From assembly GCA_016871975.1 (NCBI GenBank), contig VHBM01000001.1, positions 1 to 54,154 on the forward strand: a stretch of DNA of 54,154 nucleotides, written 5' to 3'. The notes below the pieces were generated by a model. That model saw only the letters and a list, made by a program, of their open reading frames with translations, did not search any database and was not told the DNA's origin. Both the position numbers and the translations under genes were made by a program. Positions 51,520-54,154 of the stretch are shown here, one piece after another. The DNA comes from Nitrososphaerota archaeon (lineage in GTDB: Archaea > Thermoproteota > Nitrososphaeria > Nitrososphaerales > Nitrosopumilaceae). The first letter of the stretch is position 1; each line of letters begins with the position of its first letter.

Positions 51520-53211
51520 TTGAAATATCCTGATCTTCTTGGCAAAGATGTAGCGCGAGTTGGAGTTCAGACTACGCGCAAGTATAATCTTCTTGCAAGC
51601 AGAATGATCACTGATGTGATTAAAACTTCACTTGGCCCACGGGGTATGGATAAGATGTTTATTGATATACAAGGAGATGTTTATGTAACAAAGCATGGGG
51701 GTGCATTCCTACGAAAAGTAGATCATGAGCACCCTGCAGCAAAAGCAGTTGTAGATGCGGCAAATTCCGTTGATAACCATGTAGGGGATGGAACTATTTC
51801 TGTTGTTGTTTTAATTGGGGCATTATGTGCAAAGGCAGAAGAACTGCTAAAAAGCGAGATTCCACCTGCAACAATTGCCTCTGGCTATCAGATAGCCTCA
51901 GATATTGCCCTTGAGACACTTGCCTCAGTTGCTCAAAAAGCAAGTGTTTCTAGCAGAGATATGATGATGTGGCTTGCTTTAACATGTCTCAAAGGTAAGT
52001 CAATATCAGATATGATTGATGAAGAGATTGTAGCAAAACTAATTGTTGATGCAGTTTGTACTATTGCCGATTTTAAAAATAACAAGATAGATGTTGATGA
52101 TATAAAAATTGAGGAAAAACTTGGTAATGCAACAGATGTTCAGCTAATAAATGGGATTGTGGTTGATAAAACAATTGATAATTATGCAATGCCAAAAATT
52201 ATCAAAGACGCAAAAATTCTTTTAACAAACGAATTTCTTGAACCCACTCGTACTAAGATAGACGATGAGATAATAATAACATCGCCAGAACAGATGAACG
52301 TATTCATAAAACGAGAATCTGATACGGTCATCGAAAAAGTTCAGAAGATAATTGATGCGGGAGTTAATGTTGTTATATCTAGAAGGGGGATTAACCAGTT
52401 TGCTCAAGAATGTCTTGCAAGATCTGGAATAATTTCTATCAAGCGAGCTACAGAAAATGATTTGTGGTGGCTTGAAAAAGCTACGGGTGCAAAGATCTGC
52501 GAAGATCTTAACAACATTTCCAAAGATGAATTAGGATGTGCAAAAAAAGTTTATGAAAAAACGGTAGGAGATGATAAAATGGTATTTGTTGATGGATGTA
52601 ATAATCCAAAGGCAATTACAATTTTGTTAAGGGCAAATTCTAAAAAATATCTTGAAGAATTTCATCGGACAGTAAAAAATGTATATTTTGTTTTACGAAA
52701 TTTCATCGAGAATCCACAAATAGTTGGCGGAGGTGGATCTGTAGAAGCAATAATTGCACAAAAAGTAAGACAAAAGGCTCACATGATTGAAGGTAAAGAA
52801 CAAATTGTTGTAGAAAAGTTTGCTGATGCATTAGAAGAAATTCCAATAACCCTTGCTAGAAATGTAGGTATGGATGTAATTGATACTATTGTTGAACTTA
52901 GGGCAAAATATGCTCAGTTTGTCAATGGTAACTATGAATGGATTGGCATAGATTCATCTCAAAGAAAAGTAGCTGAAGTTTTTTCAAAAAATGTAGTTGA
53001 GACTCTTGCTGTAAAAGAACAGGTTATCAAAACAGCTGCCGAAACTACCATTGCATTGCTAAATGTAGATGATATTTTTATGAAAGATGAAATTGATAAT
53101 ACTCACTGTCATATTGATGGCACGGTTCATGCTCACCACGATGGTGGTAAGGCGCACAATCATTTTGAGCAAGAAGGAATAGAGCAGCGTCAAATGCACC
53201 ATTATTACTAG
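51520..53211 (+). CDS. ths: Divergent group II chaperonin (thermosome/CCT family) paralogue with His/Cys-rich C-terminal tail
   Basis: LGPRGMDKM, EHPAAK, GDGT, the GGGGSVE motif and overall colinearity with thermosomes. However TNDG reads TKHG, the catalytic-Asp region reads VKNV, and the tail is THCHIDGTVHAHHDGGKAHNH...MHHYY rather than GGM repeats. TTG start. Confidence 0.85.
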   Translation: MKYPDLLGKDVARVGVQTTRKYNLLASRMITDVIKTSLGPRGMDKMFIDIQGDVYVTKHGGAFLRKVDHEHPAAKAVVDAANSVDNHVGDGTISVVVLIGALCAKAEELLKSEIPPATIASGYQIASDIALETLASVAQKASVSSRDMMMWLALTCLKGKSISDMIDEEIVAKLIVDAVCTIADFKNNKIDVDDIKIEEKLGNATDVQLINGIVVDKTIDNYAMPKIIKDAKILLTNEFLEPTRTKIDDEIIITSPEQMNVFIKRESDTVIEKVQKIIDAGVNVVISRRGINQFAQECLARSGIISIKRATENDLWWLEKATGAKICEDLNNISKDELGCAKKVYEKTVGDDKMVFVDGCNNPKAITILLRANSKKYLEEFHRTVKNVYFVLRNFIENPQIVGGGGSVEAIIAQKVRQKAHMIEGKEQIVVEKFADALEEIPITLARNVGMDVIDTIVELRAKYAQFVNGNYEWIGIDSSQRKVAEVFSKNVVETLAVKEQVIKTAAETTIALLNVDDIFMKDEIDNTHCHIDGTVHAHHDGGKAHNHFEQEGIEQRQMHHYY

Positions 53212-53222
53212 ATTTATGTCAA

Positions 53223-54154
53223 TTATTTAGACAGTCTAGAAAACAAGGCAGCGTATAGAAACGGAAGAATTGTTGTCGCCTCTGCATGTATCGTAGTTTG
53301 TTTTGCATTTTGTGTTACCTTTCCCCAAGATATTGCTTCATCCACTAATGCGCCACTTGAGCTCCCATCGAATTCTTGTGCAGTTGTTATGTATGCTGCA
53401 TAATCCAAACCATCCCTATATTGATTCCACCAAAGCGTATGATGTTTTGGTACTCCACCACCAATCATTAGGGCACCCGATTTTTTTGCTTTAAAGATAA
53501 GACCAGACAAAAGATCCGCATCTGCAATAAGATTTAGCTTAAAATCATGATGTTTTTGTGTAAAAAGCCAGATCTGACTTCCAACCGCACCATCCATTAT
53601 ACCAGGAACAACAACTGGAATTTCATTTTTGTATGCCCAATACAAAAATGAGTTTTCACCCATGTGGCGACCTATCATTTTTGTGATATCCGCAGTTGAC
53701 ATCTCTTTATTTCCTGCCTTGTATTCTTCTTCCAAAAAGGCTTGCGTCTTTTCTTCAATTATTGGGCCATAGCTCTGCATTGGTACAAGCACATTGCCTA
53801 GTCTATGGATATGTTGATCAGCAAGCTGTTTATCATCCAGTGCAAAGTCACCTTCTTTGTAATTTGAGAAATATCTTGCAATATCATGATCTAGAGATCC
53901 ACAAGTTGTGATAACAACATCAAACCACTTGTTTTTTATCATGTCTTTTATTACACCACGAAGACCTGTTGAGATAATAGCAGCAATAAATGACAAAAAC
54001 TTTAGACATTTTTTATCAGGAATCATTGTTGATAGAATATCTAGTCCTTCAGCGAGATTTCTTGCCTCAAATCCCCCCGACTTTGACATTTGCTCAAATA
54101 TTTCTTCAATATTAGATTCCTTTTTTATTGAAATGTCTTTTACGTCTCGTCCTG
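53223..54154 (-). CDS. dys: Deoxyhypusine synthase (5' end outside window)
   Basis: SGGFEARNLAEG, TTCGSLDHD, VPGIMDGAVG, MIGGGVPKHH and the EAISWGK active-site Lys region. The frame stays open upstream of the track ATG to the window edge (…GRDVKDISIKKESNIEEIFEQ). Confidence 0.88.
   Translation of the reverse strand, partial: GRDVKDISIKKESNIEEIFEQMSKSGGFEARNLAEGLDILSTMIPDKKCLKFLSFIAAIISTGLRGVIKDMIKNKWFDVVITTCGSLDHDIARYFSNYKEGDFALDDKQLADQHIHRLGNVLVPMQSYGPIIEEKTQAFLEEEYKAGNKEMSTADITKMIGRHMGENSFLYWAYKNEIPVVVPGIMDGAVGSQIWLFTQKHHDFKLNLIADADLLSGLIFKAKKSGALMIGGGVPKHHTLWWNQYRDGLDYAAYITTAQEFDGSSSGALVDEAISWGKVTQNAKQTTIHAEATTILPFLYAALFSRLSK

Noticed and set aside
1-54154. CRISPR arrays, transposases, integrases, prophage or plasmid genes, rRNA operons
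   Set aside because: I scanned the intergenic spacers and the ORF list. There are no regularly spaced direct repeats, no DDE, tyrosine or serine recombinase-like ORFs, and no rRNA-like sequence. The tRNA genes show no flanking att-like duplications that I could see.

Overview
AT-rich, gene-dense archaeal chromosome segment. Gene content points to an ammonia-oxidising thaumarchaeon (Nitrosopumilus-like). It has archaeal replication genes (GINS, MCM, Hel308, RFC), the L7Ae-S28e-L24e-Ndk-aIF5B and Sm-L37e clusters, aIF6, Alba and a thermosome. It also has the adjacent 4-hydroxybutyryl-CoA dehydratase and ADP-forming acyl-CoA synthetase pair typical of the thaumarchaeal 3-hydroxypropionate/4-hydroxybutyrate cycle. 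I support 67 protein-coding genes, two of them absent from the ORF track (L37e and a Cys-rich CWC protein), and 7 tRNAs. I saw no rRNA, CRISPR array, transposase, integrase or phage genes. Most of the window is core housekeeping. The best candidate for an undescribed system is a tightly coupled minus-strand operon at 44800..47070. It encodes an arginase-fold ureohydrolase annotated by homology as agmatinase, an orphan urease-gamma-like protein joined to it by an ATGA overlap, and a NicO/NiCoT-type Ni/Co transporter with a long His-rich loop. No other urease genes are in the window. Other notable items: a thermosome paralogue that lacks both catalytic Asp residues and carries a His/Cys-rich tail; two paralogous secreted Cys-containing proteins; three different proteins ending in the same zinc-ribbon module; a dense GATC motif array between the GINS-MCM operon and RFC; and a palindromic operator at the PadR start. 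All functional calls come from reading the translated sequences against remembered family motifs. No database search was run.
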